Shown: positions 36,200 through 50,319, counted from the first letter of the whole stretch. The stretch is 63,901 bases of DNA, filler included, from Choristocarpus tenellus KU-1152 (GCA_964200185.2; 14 parts of 14 records of this genome joined end to end with filler, not necessarily neighbours in it); one strand, 5' to 3'. Program-made: numbers and translations. Notes: generated from the letters alone by a model not told the origin.

Positions 36200-39100
36200 G
36201 ACAAACCTGGACATTTGGCAAAGATTCCAGAAGTAGAAGTAATCGAAAAAAGAGATTGGTGTAACTTTTACAACTCTGCACCACATTCAGATGCAGAATG
36301 TAGATCACAAAACAACAAAATGATGATGTCAAATAAAATTTTTCAATGGCAATTATTTGTAGAGACAGTGCATTACAGACTCTTGTATCAATTGATGGAC
36401 TGATTGATCTTTTTATAGTGGTAGCACTAAACACTTGGTGGATCATACCACTTTCGAGAATCCACATGTATATTTCAAAGAAGTTGAAGTACTTAAAAGA
36501 CCTTTACAAATCAGGACTGCAGGGAATTTCAAATTAAGTATGTCCAACACAAGCCACTATGATGGTCAAATTTGTTCTGATCAAGGATTGGAGATTGCCT
36601 CGAAGTTAAAAATGTTACTAATACCTGGTCAAGGCCAGAACCTTTTATCCCCTCTTGTACCAGGAAGTCTGGGATGGGGGATTGTTTTCTCAAAAACCCC
36701 GTACATGTTTTTCATCTTGATGTGGCGAAGATCATTATGTCTGGTACGTAAAGTGGTGTCCGTTCAATTCAGTTAAATTTACACAAGATGTCTGAGGAGG
36801 AGAGAGGGCTGACAATAATGTAGCTGGAATCTGCTGCTAACTCCCAAGGTGATTTAATCATGTTATGGCATATGAAACTTTGTCACCTTAACCTTGTAGA
36901 TATGAAACGATTACTGAAAGATCGAGTATCTGGTGTTTCTTTTAACTCAGCAATCTCCTCTCTTAACTGAAAGATCTGCAACACAGGAAAGAGTAAGGTA
37001 TCAACAAGAACTAAATCAATTACTGCTGACAAAATTCCCAGACGACTTGAACTGGTTTATGTTGGTCTTGATGGTTCAACTACACCATGTACATACCGAC
37101 AAGAGTCTTATGTCTGTAAATTTACCGACCATTTTTCAAGAGTAAAGACAGGTCTACTTTCTAACGAGAAAAAATGAAGCAGCAAACGTGTTAGAATACT
37201 TTATCACTGATGTTGCAAACCCATTCAGATTGAAGATGGGGCGACTGCGCAGCGACAATGGAGGTGAATTCACCAGATCTACGTCCCGAGATGTATGCTT
37301 AAGTCAACGATTCAAGCACAGGAGTTCACCTCTCCGTATTCTCTCCGTCAGAATGGAGTTGCGGAAAGAGAGTCACGTGTTTTTTATTCGACTTAGTAAG
37401 GTGTTTTTTGGCAGATAATACGTTGCTGAAGAGCTTGCGGTCAGAAGCTTTGAGTAGCTGTATATATATGTGAAGAATAGATCCCCTTCCACATCTGTGA
37501 AAGTCGGGCACCTTACTATGTTTGGAATGGCGTTGCTACAAAACTCCACAAACTGCGTAAGGTTGGCGCAGAAGCGTTTGTTCACACTTAAGTTTATACA
37601 TCTAAACTTGAATCCCTGACATGGACAGGAAGGCTAGCTGGATATGACAGGCCTATCTCTTACCAAATATGGAGGCCAAAGACTGGCACCATATTATCAT
37701 CCAGAAGTGTGACATTCAGTGAGTTTAAACAAAAAACAACATTACCTCAGTTTGACTGAAGTCGTATAGCCTTCATATCGGGGCATGAAGAAGATGAGAA
37801 GGATGACCATCCCAAATTTTCAGTTGACTTGTTGAGAGAACCAATAGATACTGAGGGTAATAATATGGGAAGAGAAAGTGCAACCAGTCCTCAAAACACT
37901 CAAAATGAACTCTCTTCTAGTGGAGATGAAAATGAATCATTTATCGACGATGATTCAAATGTTAATGCAACTGCTGGAAATAGTGCTGTCAAACCTAGGA
38001 TGCCTACAAGGTTGAAAGACTGAAATAAACCTGGACTAGGTTCAGCCTGGGCTGTTAGTGAGAATAGTCCAACCATAGATATGATGAAAACAAAACAGGT
38101 GGACCACTCCCTGGATCAAACAGGTAATGTCACTCTACTGACATGGGTTCTACAGCCCAATCGTCTCTATCGTCTCTATCTCATGATCATTCTACTGACT
38201 TAGATAATGGAAAGATAAATTTTGGTATCTCTAATTACCTTTCCACTTACAATGACGTGTTAATCTCTCCTCACAGAAAAAAATGATTGGAAGCAATGCA
38301 TAAAGAAATCAGTAATACGAAACAACACAATGTTTTTGATCTAGTTCAGGCACCCCAAATCAAAAGATTATTTCCTCTAGATGGATTTTTCGAAAGAAAC
38401 CTGATGGCAGTTACAAGGCTAGGTGGGTAGCTCAGGAGTATAGTCAAGTACCTGGAACTGATTACTCGTTGACTTGCAGTCCGGTCTGTAGAATTGAGAG
38501 CATCGGAATTACTGCTCATTATCGCAAACAACAGAAACTGGTCAGTCTTACATTTGGACGTGAACAGTGCGTTCTTGCAAGCCCCCCTGCTAGAAGGAGA
38601 AGAGATTTATGTAAGCCAAGCCCCAGGTTTCATTGAAAGAGATCTGTCTACTGAGATCCTGGTTTGCAAGCTAAAGAAAAGTCTTCATGGTTTAAAGCAG
38701 CCTCCCAGAAATTGGAACATAGCATTCACAGACGCACTTGTTAAATATGGTTTCAAATCACGAGTGAGCGATCCAAGTATATACCTTTCCAGAAACGAAA
38801 AGGGTATTATATAATTATCATTGTATGTTGATGACACATCAATCTATGGGAGTTTTACCTCACTGGTAGATCAAGTAAAGAAATATCTCAAGGATAAGTT
38901 TGTAATGAAAGATCTTGGTAGAGTCAAGTTGATATTGGGCACAGAAGTGATGTATGATGTTAAAAGAAAAATGCAACCTTCTCAAGAAAATTATGCCAAC
39001 ACCATCTTATCAAGATATGGCATGACTGAGTGTGTAATAGTACAAAAACACCCGGTGACAACCACCCTGTAGACAAAAATACTCAAAATAGTAGAAAGCT

Positions 39101-39792
39101 AGACAAAGCTGGAATAAAACGTTACGTTACCAGGAGATTACAGGGTCATTACAGTATCTACAAACTTGCAGTAGACCGGATTTGGGATTTACATGATTGC
39201 AATTATCTCAATTCATGGGTGAACCTACAAACCATGACGTTACTGCTGCAAAAAGAACCTTGTGATATCTTAAAAGGAACGACTGACTTGTCCCTAACAT
39301 ACAATAGAAGTGAGCTAAAAACATCGGATTTTCTGACTCAGCTTACGCTAATAACACTAACTTGAAAACTACAAGTGGTTACATGCTTTTACTTGGAAAT
39401 GCCGCTCTAGTCTGGAAGTTTAAGAAACAAAAAATGTAGACACTTCATCTACCGAAGCAGAAGTGATTGCACTATGTGTTGCAGTGCAAGAATCAGTTTA
39501 CTGGAGGACTTTCTTACATAAAATTGGCGACTCAATGAATAACCCTGCAACTATCATAGTAGATAACAAGAGTGCCATACAGTTGGCTAAGCATTGATGT
39601 TACGGTGCTAGAGCGATACACATTTGCATAAGACTTGCCTACATGGCAAACTTGGTTCAGAAGCAGGATATTGACATCCAACATGTTGCAAACGAAAATC
39701 AGTTTGCTGGCAGTCTAGCTAGGCACTTGCCCAAATCTGCTTTTGAAAGACACAGACGAGTGTTGATGAATGTTTCCAGTGCTAACGACACT
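36200..39792 (+). mobile_element. Decayed Ty1/Copia gag-pol (knuckle, protease, integrase, RT, RNase H)
   Basis: WCNFYNSAPHSDAEC, RLRSDNGGEF, VLHLDVNSAFL, KLKKSLHGLKQPPRNW, LYVDD, STEAE. Many frameshifts. Confidence 0.93.
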
Positions 39793-40189
39793 GACCCAAA
39801 GTATCTGGGGGGGGAGGGGGNNNNNNNNNNNNNNNNNNNNNNNNNNNNNNNNNNNNNNNNNNNNTTAATTAATTAANNNNNNNNNNNNNNNNNNNNNNNN
39901 NNNNNNNNNNNNNNNNNNNNCACCCGAGCCAAGCTAGGAGGGGGAGGTTTGAAGGGGGGGGGGGCGAGGGGTGAGGAGGACAGGCACCAGAACATCAGAG
40001 ATAGTTCAAATGTAGGGCCTGCCATGGTGGGAAGTATCCATTGTGCATTGAGTTGGTTTGTGTACAACACAAAATATACAATACTCCACACTAACATATC
40101 TTCACGTTTTTTTTTTAGGGGGGGGATTGAAACCAGTCCTGTGATGGGTAGTGAAGATATCATCCTCCAGTGAAGGAGTTTCAAAATTG

Positions 40190-42520
40190 TATACCTGATT
40201 TGCAAAATGCCCTTCCTATGGACAAACTCTGAGTCCCCCACCAAATTATTTTTTTTAAGAGGTCTTGCACGAGGGAGAAGAGGAAGAGGAAGAGCAGGGG
40301 GGGGGGGGACTGGTGGACGATGAGGGTGGACAAATAATGTAAGGAGGACACATCTTATGGAATGTGGCAGAAAATGACTACAGGGTTGGCTATAGGGTGC
40401 AGAGAAAATGAATTTCATACAGCACAACTTCTCGGTTACTGGAACACAAAACACATGCAAGGTTATTGCTCTGTAGCAATCTGGGAGCAGAGTGCACCCG
40501 CCGCGCAAGGTGACAGGAAAGACCAAGACCTACTACAATCCTCAACAGAGACGGCAAGAACAAAATAAAAATAAAAATGCACCAGCAAGGAAAAAAAAAC
40601 AAAAAAACAAACTGACCTCCTTGACTCTATTCACCGCCAGGGCCTCCAGCCTACGCTTGGACTGCAACACTGCCATTGAGGCCGCTCCTTTACCACGTAG
40701 ACCACTTAAGGTAGAACGTCCTACAGCAGACCCCTGCCTATACTCCACCAGAGTTTCCTCCGCCAATGCCACCGCTGTTTCCACCTGACAAGGTAATGTT
40801 CCCGACGGGGAGAGGTGGGGCAGGGGCAGGGGCAGGGGCAGGGAGAAGAGAGACGATTTCAGACAAAGGAATATGTTTCTTTTTCAAAGGAATTTGTAAC
40901 CTCACCCTAACCCTACCTTTGTTCCCGCCCCCCCCTCCCCCCAAGTCACAATGAACTCAGCTGTGAGGTAATCAACTGACTTGAAGTAGTGGCGATGGTG
41001 ACATACACCTTCATTGCAAACACCTCCAACCTCTAATGATGAACACACTTCTGTAAATATTAGCAATGATCTTGGTCGATCTTCAAGCAAAGAGTGTAGG
41101 TGTACTAGTAAGTAGAAACACAAGACCACCTATCTTGCAGACATATCTGTACTCCTTCCCATTAAAAATAAAAATAAAAATAAAACAAAAAACACAATTA
41201 CCATGCTAAGCAGTACATCTCACCGTTGCAGTTGTATGGTGCTAAAAAGAGACCATCGCGCGATCAACCACAGCACTACAATAAATAACTAAAATAAAAC
41301 AAGACTCTTGATGAGCAGCTGAGCCATTAGAAACCATCCACCTCTCACTGGTATTTTACCATCACATTAACCTTGACAACTTGTACTTCACAAATAATAA
41401 ATACATTCAAGTTTTTTTTTTTTCCCTTCCTAGTTTTGTGAGCGTCGACATACCTCTCTCGTACATACATGCGTTGTGCAATTTACTCGGGGTTTCCCTA
41501 CATTGCTTGGCATTTCCTTCCTTGCGACCTGACCTTCTTGCAGTGGCCCCACCCTGACACTTCCAAAAACCTTGCCTACCTTGTTGCACAGGCAATTAAT
41601 TCACTTGAATCAACCACGGCAAACATGATCGGGAAGATTGACCGAACTGATGTTTGTTGTGGACTGTCTTTTGTTTGAGTTGTGAAAACTAACTTTCATT
41701 GAACAGCAGTTTTGATGTGCAAGCACTATTGAACCGAACCCAGCTAGGCACCCCAACAACGGTGCTCTTCCTGTATACCTCATCCTTAGTTGCCTCAAGC
41801 TCAAGATGCTTCTCGTTTGCCACTGTTAGATCTTCTTCGGCTTTACGTAGCCCCTCTATGGCCTTGAGAAATCGCAACAGAAAGTGCATACAATGCCACA
41901 GGGGGAAATACAGGGGACGGGGGGGACGGGGGGCACCCTGAGAGGCCAACAAGACAAGTAGATCAAGATATTGGAAAGATTCAAGATATCGTTGACTATC
42001 AATCATGCTGTGCTTGGTTCTGGTGATGAGGGTTTTCATTTATATGTTGTCACACAAGTGCACCTTGGTTTGGAGTCTTGTGAGGACGATGGCCAACCAC
42101 ATGAAACCTTACTTACATTGCATGTAAACACTTGATGAAGCACCACTTCTCGAGATGCTTAGAGAGGTATCCATTAGTTTCTCAACGAACGCCGTTTTCT
42201 ACGTACGAAAACCAGCTGTTTATGGTTACCAGCATCTCCTAATACCATGTAAAAACAGCACAGTTCCTGTAATAATAGGCCTTCGGGTCACACATTCCGC
42301 ACAAGAAAGTCTGGAAGGAACCAATTCAAGTCAGCAACCCTCACCCACGCTCATTCTTAGTCCCACGCTAATTCTCAGTTGCATTCCTATTCTTAGGCAT
42401 ATAATTCCACTGCAGTAGCTGTCCCATCCCCAACCCCATTACCATTCACAGTCCCAGTCGCCTTCACCGACCAGATATGTACCTGTTGGAGGCATCTCTC
42501 TGCCTCGTTTACGGCTCTCT
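40190..42520 (-). CDS. Internal exons of an unidentified, probably coiled-coil protein gene
   Basis: AG/GT-bounded phase-0 exons 41862-41779 (AIEGLRKAEEDLTVANEKHLELEATKDE) and 40784-40617 (VETAVALAEETLVEY..LEALAVNRVKE). A likely further exon near 42520-42483 (RAVNEAERCLQQ). Confidence 0.5.
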
Positions 42521-42591
42521 CTAATGTAGACACTGAACGCACAGCAGTGCTGTGTACTGAGAAAAAAAAGAAGTTGCATCCGGTTTTTGTA

Positions 42592-42626
<35 letters not shown>

Positions 42627-43291
42627 GCAGTTGAAGGGTGTACCTCAATAGGAATGCATAGCATATTTGGGGGAAGGAGGGATTTCATGGGCAAAGAGGG
42701 TTGGCACATGTGGCAAAATGTAACTACAAAATTTCGAGTACACACTCCTGAGTAGAACTTTACTACTTTACTACTGAAAGATACATGCAGCTATTCGTAT
42801 GACTGCGAGTGAACGCGTGGATGGTTGTAACTGTGGTCAGGCACCCCCAGCTTGCGACGTTTTGTTCGTTGACAAGTCAGTATCTCTAGTATTACCTAAA
42901 TCCTTCAATGACGGCGACTCTACATTACAAGCTCTGCATGTGCATAGGAGTGACACACACACACACACACACACATCGAGTCTGCAAGTCTGTGGAATTT
43001 GAAAAAACTGAGAGTCCCTCTAAAGTCACTTGCACAGAACAACACACTGTAAAAAAAAAAACGCGAGCAGTGCACTCCACTTTGCCAAGCACGAAGATAA
43101 GCACTCCTCCTTCACATCACGGTTAAAGACAGAACAAGCTACAGGAGAGGCAAACAAAACAACCTATGTTGTGTAAGCAGGGGAGGGGGGTNNNNNNNNN
43201 NNNNNNNNNNNNNNNNNNNNNNNNNNNNNNNNNNNTTAATTAATTAANNNNNNNNNNNNNNNNNNNNNNNNNNNNNNNNNNNNNNNNNNNN

Positions 43292-46196
43292 GCCAAAGTC
43301 CTGCCATTTCCTTCTCCATGGCCTCCTGCCACTGATCTGAATCTGGCCTACTCAAGGCCTCCTTTGTTGTAGTTGGTTCGCCTGCACCTGTTGTTGTTAC
43401 TCCCCTCATGAGACCCATAAAACAGTACAAGTCGTCGTTGGTTTGCTGTATAAGGGTTGATACGAAGTGGTTCATTTCCATTTCTTCATCTTCAAGGTCA
43501 CATAGCTGTGGTGTGTAGGCCACCTGCTGGCGCTGCTCCAACCTAGCAGATCTCTATCGTCCAGAGTGTGGGGTTAAGCGCTTAGCCGCCGCCATTTGCG
43601 TTGCCATATCCATGCACTGTCGTTGTCCCCCCACCCTGGGAGAAATATCTTGGCTTTGATGGGGTCGCTTTGCATCTTGACCCCTATGTCCAATGTTTTG
43701 ACTCTCACTCCCAGTCTCGCTCCCTGTTGTGGAAGCCTCTTCTTCATCTATTGTATCCATGTCTTCATCAAGCTCAGACTCCCCCAGTATGTCCAGCTCT
43801 GGCTCCCCCACTAGCTCTAGCAGTTTAGCTTCAGGCTGGAAAGTCACCTGTGCTGAGGTCTCCAGCTTGCCTTCCTGCGGGACGTGCCAGCATAGTGATG
43901 CCCTATCGTGCCCTATGAGGATCCCCCTCTTCGCGTATGGATGGAACTTGGCATTGGTGCCACGCAGTTGCTTGGTCTGATGCACAAAACACTCCGTCCC
44001 GAACACACGGAGTCGCTCGTAGTTTAAATGTTTGTTGATCAGGCGCTCACATGGTGTCTCGCCTCCTAGGTACTCGTGCGGCATTCCTGTGGTCTTGAAT
44101 GTGGAGTCTGCCACTGCAAAATAACAGAACTCCTCCCCCAGTCCAGCATGTATCAGCTGGCTGCGCGCCCCTTGCATGACCTGTTTAATTGCCCGCTCAG
44201 CAATACTGTAGCTCTGGGGCGTGCGTGGGGGTGTCTTGCACCATTTCAAGCCCCGTTCTGTCAGCATGCGCTGGAACTTGACGCTCCTCCCGAACTCGCC
44301 AGCGCCATCCCCACTGATGCATCTCACTACCACCCCTTATCGAGCCATTTCGTCTATGTAGGCAGCAGTGGCCGCGGTAGCGGCGTCCTTGTTACGCAGA
44401 CCTATCTCGCGCTTTTCCCGGCTGACCTCGTCCACAAACACCTGAAAATATTTCATGCCCGTCACGTCCGGGTCAAAGGGTCCCTCCAGGTCTGTGTTCA
44501 CCACCTCCCCCACAGTCTTGGGACTGCGACCACCCCGTGCGTAACTGAGTGCCTCGGACTTTGCATTCCTTGCATACCTTGCAGAGGAGCTCTGAAGCGA
44601 CTGTAGTATCTGAGATGTCCAGGAGACCTCTTTTCTCCAGGTACTTTATCGCGAAGGGGTTGAGGTGACCCATGATTTTATGCCAGTCGGAGAGAGAGAG
44701 ACGGTGTTGCTTATTGGCAGAGCTAGCATTAATCTTTGCCTGGTCTTTCTTCCCATTTTTCGCCTGAAAATGGGCCCTCAGCATCAGGAAGACTCCCTTC
44801 TCCTCTAAATAGATCTTGACTGCCCCCTTGTTGGGCTGATTGCAGCTCCTCCTAATCCCTGAAGTCCACAAATTCACCTCCCTTGAGCCGCAGGCTGCCT
44901 GTGCTAAGAAGCCTGCATGGCAGACCCGGTACCCAAAGCACGTCCTGAAGTACAATCTTCGTCAGCGAGCCCGTCTCATTAGTTGCCTCTAGGGCCATCT
45001 CACTAATTGCTCACGCCTTCAATGTACCTTTGCTTCCAAATGTGCAGGTGCGTGTGATCTCTGTTGCTGCAGTGAGGTCCTGCAGTCGTGGGGTGAGGTG
45101 CACGTTTGCCCCAGATCGCATAGTAGGCTGATTGTCTCTTGGTCTTGTCTTGAGTTGAGGATAGGAGCGCTGCCTCGACCATCCTTTGGTACACGTCCTC
45201 CCCCACAGACACATTCATGGCTAGGAATACCCTTGATGATCCCTGCCGATCAGCCTTGCTTCCACCTCTGCCACCGCTATTCTGTTTCTTGGTTGGTGGT
45301 GTGGTGGAAATTTTGGTGTCGCCATCCCCTGGGGGCGCTTAGCAGGGGGTTTGCCAGCCAAGTACGAGCGACATTCTCGCCATCTGTGATTAATTTTTAA
45401 ACAGAACGCACATTGAATTCGAACCGAGGCCACTCCCGGACCCCTGTCTCCCTATCTGCGTTTCGGCCCCTGTGTGTAGCGCCATAGCCCCTGAGCTCTT
45501 CGTGGTTTCTCCTGTGACCTCCGTGGTCATATATGAAGATGATGAGATGATGGCGTTCTTCAGTTGTTCATAAGTAAGCTCCGGAGCTGTGGACAGCTGT
45601 GCAAATACCTGCGGCATGCTATCCCTGATGCCGATGATTAGAGCTCCTTTCTTTGCGTGATCTTCTTTGGCTACCTCCAGCTGCTCATACTCTATCCAGA
45701 CATGGTTGAGGCGAAATACGAAGTCGGCAGCATCCTCCACCGACGAGCAGTACATGTCGCACAATTGCATCTCTAGAGCTATGAGCTGTATGGGCCGCTG
45801 GACCGCAGCACGCCCCCCATAGATTTGCTCCAACTCGAGCCAGGCTGCCTTTCCGTCGGGGCTGCCGTTATTTTCGTATGTGCTGACCACCATGGCTGCA
45901 GCTCCCCTCGTGGCCTGTGTCAACAGGAACCACAAGACCTCGCGGTGCTTGATGTATTCCTCGTACGCGCTGCGTTCCCCAAACGATGTATCAGCTGTGG
46001 GAGGTGCAGGAATGCGGTATGCTGGTTGGAGTATCCGGTACAGTCCCTTGCCGCCCGCGTAGCTCACCAGCACCATCAGCCATTCTGCCCACTTCTCCCT
46101 TGTATGCCTGTATGCTCCACTCCATAGTGGCAGCCTACGGGGATCCGCTTCCATACCAATGAGGCTCATAACCTATGCAAAAGAGAGCTATTCCAA
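43292..46196 (-). mobile_element. Ty1/Copia element: LTR tail, PBS, gag, zinc knuckle, integrase, start of RT; frameshifted
   Basis: gag 46169-45390 (DGKAAWLELEQIY), CAFCLKINHRWREC, WHKIMGHLN..CKVCKEC, SGDGAGEF, TPQSYSIAER, EPTTTKEAL..WQEAMEKEM. Confidence 0.95.
46163..46173 (-). promoter_or_regulatory. Primer-binding site GGTTATGAGCC, complementary to the tRNA-iMet anticodon arm (half-tRNA priming)
   Basis: Directly follows the LTR end (TTTTGCATA). Same motif at 63309-63319. Resembles the Drosophila copia-type PBS GGTTATGGGCC. Confidence 0.75.
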
Positions 46197-47002
46197 GAGT
46201 GAAAGNNNNNNNNNNNNNNNNNNNNNNNNNNNNNNNNNNNNNNNNNNNNTTAATTAATTAANNNNNNNNNNNNNNNNNNNNNNNNNNNNNNNNNNNNNNN
46301 NNNNNCCAGATGGACAGCCGCCACCCCCTCCCAGATACTTTCAGCCTCATATTCTTTCCGTATTTGGTAAAAGTAGCAGAGTATTTTTCTGTACGATCCT
46401 GTCGGCGATTGGACCCGAATTTTCTCCAGCTATCTTACAGTTCAATAATTTTCCCCCATTCTACCTTCAAGGAGTAGTACAACCTCCTTCACTGAACTTC
46501 ACAATACTTCTTGTGGCATATTAGCATTTTAAGCAAGAAGTGCCATTCATATGCCACGTACTTAATATTCTTGCAATCAAAGTCATCTTGGATGAACCCT
46601 TGTGAACCTGCAACATACATATTGATGAATGACAGTACACATTTGTTACAACTCTAGAAAGTCCTAGCATCCTAAAGTATGCAATCAAAAAAGGCACCAG
46701 AACAACATTCCTGTAAATAGACACAATTTGAAAACAAGTCAAACTACCTAATACGGCTAGTTCCAAAAAGAAGAAGAAAATTCTAACCGACGTTTTTTCT
46801 TATTGCGTATCTTGTGTCACACATCCAAATTGATGGGTGGGGGACATCGTACCAGAGGAAGCATTTCCGTCAATATAAAAGTCTACATGACACTTCAAGC
46901 AAAAAGGCCACTCCTGGTCTGCAGCTTCCCATACCCACTCTCAACGTTGGCCCCACTCCTTATAAAGTGTAGAGACACAATATCATAACCCTGTTCCATT
47001 AA

Positions 47003-47260
47003 GAGTGAAAGTATCTTAGAGGGTACGAGTTTTGCCCTGTTTGTCCATTTGGGGCTTGGCTTCCCATTGCTTCTTTTATGACATTTTTCTAGTCCAGAAT
47101 GTTTAGGAGTAGGTAATATATATACGTCATGAAGAGGTGTGTCGGAAACATAGATATTGACAAATCCTAGCATACACGATAGCCAAAACTACATCAAAAT
47201 CGCAACATTGGATTTTAACCCCAAATGGACACGGCCCTACTCTCTAAGATACTTTGGCTC
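47003..47260. mobile_element. MITE family A, complete, 3-bp TSD TAA
   Basis: Both TIRs and the hairpin are present. Confidence 0.92.
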
Positions 47261-47395
47261 TAATGAATAACAAATAAGCTCTATTTCGGACATAGTTTCG
47301 CAATAGTACTGACTTACTTCGAACTAGGAAATATCTAACAAAGTCCCAGCCTACAAAACAATAAATAAACACCATAGCAATGATCTTATCCATGC

Positions 47396-47563
47396 CTGTA
47401 TGCGCCACAGTTCTGTCCCATTGGCATCCAGCTTGACGCCAGCAAAGTCACGAGCTCCCCCTCCTGTGTCTGTCCAAGTTCCTTTTGTGCTTCCAGCCAA
47501 GAACATTGTCCCCTCTTCTAGAGGGACAATCGCATAAAGAACATCTAGCGCTGCAGTACCATT
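47396..47563 (-). CDS. Single 168-nt phase 0-0 exon encoding one beta-propeller blade (SBBP-like repeat of brown algal type)
   Basis: CAG|NGTAALDVLYAIVPLEEGTMFLAGSTKGTWTDTGGGARDFAGVKLDANGTELWRIQ|GC. The apparent donor is GC, not GT. Confidence 0.75.
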
Positions 47564-48394
47564 CTGTGCACAAGCAGGTGGATAGATGGAATCAATCAAC
47601 CACAAGTCATAACCATTATCCACTTAGGAAAGAAGTATCTGCCTTTTGTAAGCACCGTTCTAACCCAACAATTGCCTAGGTCTCACAGTAAAGTTCAAAA
47701 TATATATCTATACTTGCTAATTATTCATGTCTGGAAAAAAAGGCATTTCTTCATCTCCTGAACATTTTGAAGTATTGTACAGGACTATATCCAGACTAGC
47801 TGATCAGATCGTAACCTTTGCCCTGGGGCCTCATCCAGGCAATGCTCTGATGGCTCCGGACCGGTCTATTACAACACCCTCTCTCATTTCATAGGGATCG
47901 ACTCTCGTGGCCCTGGACCAGTCCAGTTAATACATGTCTTTTGGGGGCATTATGCAAGTTGCCTTACTCAAATCTCTGAAAATCCTCGTTAATATGAAAC
48001 ATTAGCGACACCAGCCTGGTCAGTTTGGGTCAGATCTACCTAGTCAAAATATGTGAGTCAGACCTCCAGATTTTCCCAAATGCACTTAGAAATACAACTA
48101 AGAACCTCTCAATCTGCATATATTCCCGTCACCATTATAATAACAACTAAGAGCTGACTGGGCCAGCTCTGTACCAGCTACTCCGTTGTATCCTTCTTCT
48201 TGGCCATGGCCTGACCTACGGCTCAGTTAGAGTCTTGTCTGCCCTCAACCAACCATGCGCAAGCTTGTTTCATAGGGGTTGGCCTGAGACCAGTCGAGAA
48301 ACCTGATGACCTTGGACCGACCCTGTTTAGTATACTTCACTTTGGGTTGGCCTGCGACCCAGTACAGTTGAAGTTCTGACGGTCCTGGACCAGC

Positions 48395-48652
48395 GAGTCA
48401 AAGCACTTAAGAGGATAGGGTCGCGTCCGTTTGGGGCTATAAACCCAATGTGCAATTTTGATGTAATTTTGGGTAATGTGTTTGTTAGGAAGTGTCAATA
48501 TCCTTGCTCCGGACACACCTTTCATAGTCGTATATATTTTAGTTAACTGTGTTCACACAGAAAATCGAAAAAGGATAAAAAAAAAACGTGGGAAGCCAAG
48601 CCCCAAACGGATTAACAGGGCAGAACTCTTACCCTCTTAAATGCTTTGGGTC
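48395..48652. mobile_element. MITE family A, older copy lacking the internal hairpin
   Basis: Degenerate TIRs; the hairpin region is replaced. Confidence 0.8.
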
Positions 48653-50319
48653 AGTTCAGCGTATGTATGTTTAGCTGGGACCAGCCCATAGCCTTGTCCT
48701 GTCAAGTCTAACTACTCCGGTGAATAGTGCTGGAAATATTGATTTCGACACAATACATATTCATTGGGTGACAAGAACGAAGCGACCTGGAGAAAGGCTT
48801 CTGGTAAATTTGCCAACTGTACCAACATAAAATTTCCTACCCTTCCCTTTCATGATAGTTGAGTGGAACATTATTACATGGCTCTCCCATCACGATCTCT
48901 GCTCAGAGAACCCAAAATTATTTTCGTCCCATTACACCAATGTGCACGTTCGATTTTTCACACCTTGAGAGTATTGTCCCAGTCTACTGTCAAATTTTCG
49001 ATGTTTTGATTCCACTTCTCAAAAGTACATCTAGCCAAAATTTTCTGTGGAAGAATCAATTTCGGAAATATCACCAGCATATTTGCTGTAAAATATCTCT
49101 CATCACATGCCCCCGTAAGGACGACGACCTCTTTTTTAAACACAACCATCTTTTGAGCATTCCATCTGGAATCAGAGAAGACCTTCTCACAGTGCAACGA
49201 AACACTCACCTATGCAACAGGAACTCTAAGAAGTGGAGTCATCCATGCCCACATACTCTACAAACAAAACTGTTCTAAGAAAACATTGGTCCATATGAAG
49301 CGTGGATGTGAATGTGACCGTCTCCAGGTAGTAAAGAGTTCCTTGAATAATCCCAAAACCTTGCGGGGAAAATCGTTTTATCTCAGTAAGTCTCAACGGT
49401 AACACCCAACGGGTTATTCTGCCACGCAATTGACCCATATTTTCTCAAAAAGCTCTAGATACTCTTTGGCTGAGGTGGTGGAAGCTTATAATATTATCAA
49501 GTCTTCCTCGATTTTTCCAAACTCTATGCCCACTTAAGAACATCTCATCAAGATGAAGAAAGAATGTCCAGGAAAGAACACACACACAATATCATCTGTT
49601 TCTCAACTTAAACGTAATATCCAACAAAGATCTTAGTATCCAACATTTAGCAGATTTATTTTTCGTACATCAACAAAGAGTCAAAGTAAGCAAGAGGTAC
49701 CCAGGTTTTGATCGTCTTTCATTTTAATGCACATTTTAATTTTCTGCGATTCACCCATATATTACTATGGATGAAGTACAAGATTGACTTGACAGCATTG
49801 ATTTCTCTATTGTTCAAATAATTTCGACAGAAATGAGAAAATTCCCTCTACGGATTTATCCAAAATGTTGAAATTTGAAAAATTTTGTTGGCATCCTTGA
49901 AATGCAACTCTGGATACATCTCACTTACTTTGTCTAAAAAAATAAAAAAAAACAGGTGGATATTCTGTTTCTATGGTGCAGAGCTGTACCTCTAGACTAT
50001 TTACGCCATGAAACTTCACCCTGAGAAGAACATTTCTCACTATACACTGTTGCCCTGGCTGGACTCGAGCCTTCTGGTGGTATCCACGAATGGGCCACCT
50101 TTTGGCAGATTTCAATACATGTGCTTTCGAAGATAATTGCAAAACTTCACTCTAGCGATTCAGCTCATCAAGCCATTCCATCCTTTGGGAAGCATCAGAC
50201 TCCTCTGATCATGATAACTGCAGCATTTACTCCCTCACTCTGACGTCTGCCACTCCATCACCAGCGGCACCTAAACTCCCTCTATGAATTAATACACAAG
50301 TATTTAGAAAATATTTCTT

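Noticed and set aside
42590-42626. Long poly-G/poly-C runs (also at 7-24, ~35772, ~63842) as functional elements or polyproline ORFs
   Set aside because: Simple homopolymers, often at contig ends, with unreliable lengths.
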